Shown one piece after another: positions 61,979 through 64,000 of a DNA stretch of 64,000 nt; within the stretch, counting starts at the first letter, position 1; every line of letters starts with the position of its first letter. Origin of the DNA: Marsupella aquatica (lineage: Eukaryota; Plantae; Marchantiophyta); contig OZ316892.1 of the NCBI GenBank assembly GCA_973895155.1, forward strand, positions 12,960,238 to 13,024,237. The letters are read 5' to 3'. The notes beneath the pieces were generated by a model that ran no database searches, was not told where the DNA came from, and saw only the letters and a list, made by a program, of their open reading frames with translations. The position numbers and the translations under genes are program-made.

Positions 61979-64000
61979 ACGACATCCATAGAGAAACTAA
62001 ACTTTCTCCCCTTGACCATCGAGGAGGAGAACTATCTCTCCTGGACACTAGACGTCAAAGCTAACCTAATAGCTAAAGACATATACGAAACGATCATAAC
62101 CGATCAGGGCACAACAACCCAACAGAAGGCGAGAGCCTTGGTGTTCATAAGACACCACCTCGTAGAACCACTAAAGCTACAATACCTTAACGAGGAAAAT
62201 CCCCAAAACCTTTGGGATTAACTCAAGGAAAGATATGACCACATTAAGACCATACACCTGCCTAGAGCCCGCCACGACTGGGCTAACCTTCGCGTCCAAG
62301 ACCATACATCTATAGTTAACTATAACAATGAGCTATTCCGCATCACATCCCAGTTGGCCCTGTGCGGCCAACCAGTCACCGACGAAGAACAAATAGAAAA
62401 GACAGTATCAACCTTCCACTTAGGGAACATCATACTCTCGGCACAATATAGAAACATGAAGTTCACAAAATACTCTAAACTTATAGCTCACATGTTACTA
62501 GCCGAGAGGCATCAGGAGTTACTATTGAAGAACTCCAAGATGCGACCCCCGGGAACCGTGCCAACACCCTCAACCACCAAGACAAACTTTGGAATGCCTT
62601 CCAGTAGCAGAGGAGGCCAACGGGGCGGGTTCAGCCGCAACGGTAGACGACAGTTCAGAGGCGGAAGATCAACCTACCTTAGGGGGAGGGGCAAAGGCCA
62701 CGGAGCTGAAGAAAGCCGCGGATGAGGAAGATCAAGCTTCAACTACACCCGTGGAGGATCGGAAAGACCAGGAAGACCAGCCCAACGGAGTAGTTCATCC
62801 CAAAAATACTCAGGAAGACCCATCGTGGAGTGCTTCCAATGCGGCACCAAGGGCCACCCACAGAAATTGTGCCGCACACCGGCACATCTAGCAGAATTAT
62901 ACCAGCAGAGTAGAAATAATAGAACTCAGGAGGTACATCATGGCACTTTTCTAGAGCAAGACAAACACCTAGAAAACTACACCCATGACGGGACTATCCC
63001 TGAGACACATATGATTACACATTAGCAAGATCCCTTACCTTTAGACAACATTAGATAGCGGCACGGCCCACACTACATTAAAGTGCAGGGACTATTTCAC
63101 TCACGTTACTCCCTCCCACAAAAACATGACTACTATCATGGGGAGTAACCAAATAGAAGAAGGTAACGAACCCGTCACAATCACGTTACCTCAGGGCACT
63201 ACTATCTATATTAACTCCGCTATATACGCATCTAATGCCACGAGAAACTTGATTAGTTTCAAGGACATTAGAGATAATGGATTCCATATCCACACTAGCA
63301 CAGATAAAAACCATGAAGTAATTCATATCTTAAATAATACTTCCGATGGAAAGCAAATAAAAGAAACACTTTTTGCGTATCCGTTGGGTTTCTATGTCAC
63401 ACAATTGAATGTTTTTCATTCCACTACGCATGAGATGTCACTATATGACCTTTGGCATACCAGGCTTGACCACCCTGGCATGACCATGTTTCAAAAGATG
63501 AAAAGAGTAACCCAAGGAATACCACAAAACGCACGCCCAACGAACCATAATCAGTCCTGCATGGCATGTTCTCAAGGAAAGTTAATCGTTAGACCCTCTA
63601 TCCCCAAGACAATCCACGAAATGCCCAGATTCTTGGAACGAGTGCATGCATATGTACGTGGCCCTATTGAACCACCAAGCGGACCATCTCAATTTTTCCT
63701 AGTCATTATTGCCGCATCCTCAAAATGGTCGCAAGTTTTGTTGCTTTCCACGTGAAACATGGTTTTTCCACAACTTTTAGCACACGTCCTTAAGCTAAAA
63801 GCTCAATTCCCTGAAAACCCTATCAAGACAATTAGGGTTGATAATGCAGGTGAATTCACTTCGAAAACATTCGAAGACTTCTGCATGGCTACAGGGATAG
63901 ACACTCAATACCCTGTACCTCACGTCCATTTCCAAAATGACATCGCTGAATCTGTCATTAAGAGAATACAGATGATAGCAAGACCCATGCTTATACAGAC
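61979..64000 (+). pseudogene. Bianca-type gag and pol (protease, GAG-pre-integrase, integrase core), with premature stops
   Basis: Presumed start codon reads ACG at 61979. In-frame stops at 62219, 62723 and 63753. Zinc knuckle CFQCGTKGHPQKLC; gag ends at TAG 63023-63025. Pol is in the +1 frame: LDSGTAHT at 63051, then LWHTRLDHPG..CMAC. Confidence 0.88.

Larger units (their letters stand above)
59465..64000 (+). mobile_element. 5' part of a Ty1/copia retrotransposon of the Bianca lineage (continues past the right edge)
   Basis: Candidate LTR TGTTGT(59465)...ACAACA(59671); the left boundary is unverified because the 3' LTR is outside the window. PBS CGTTATCAGCA at 59672-59682. Bianca-type Gag NYLSWTLDVKANL..ALVFIRHHL..PRARHDWANLRVQD..FRITSQLALCG; integrase FLERVH..IRVDNAGEF. 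Confidence 0.85.

Overview
Land-plant nuclear genomic DNA with short GT-AG introns and long multi-intron 5' leaders; a non-seed plant such as a bryophyte or liverwort is my inference only. I reconstructed four intron-containing protein genes by hand: DEX1 (minus strand, 3' part runs off the left edge), a canonical E2F transcription factor (minus), transcription elongation factor SPT5 (minus) and a leishmanolysin/invadolysin-like M8 metallopeptidase (plus). The intergenic DNA is transposon-rich. It contains a structurally complete but decayed Tork/Tnt1-like Ty1/copia element (336-bp LTRs, TGCCA target-site duplication, TSD) and related solo LTRs, three of them nested. It also holds an 11-copy array encoding AT-hooks, a probable MITE, several tandem repeats, and the 5' part of a Bianca-lineage copia element at the right edge. 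The most interesting signals are the gag/pol junction and 2.3-kb leader of the Bianca element, the AT-hook array with higher-order structure, the E2F leader and promoter architecture, and a membrane-anchor-like C-terminal extension on the M8 peptidase. No database searches were possible; family calls rest on recognised motifs.
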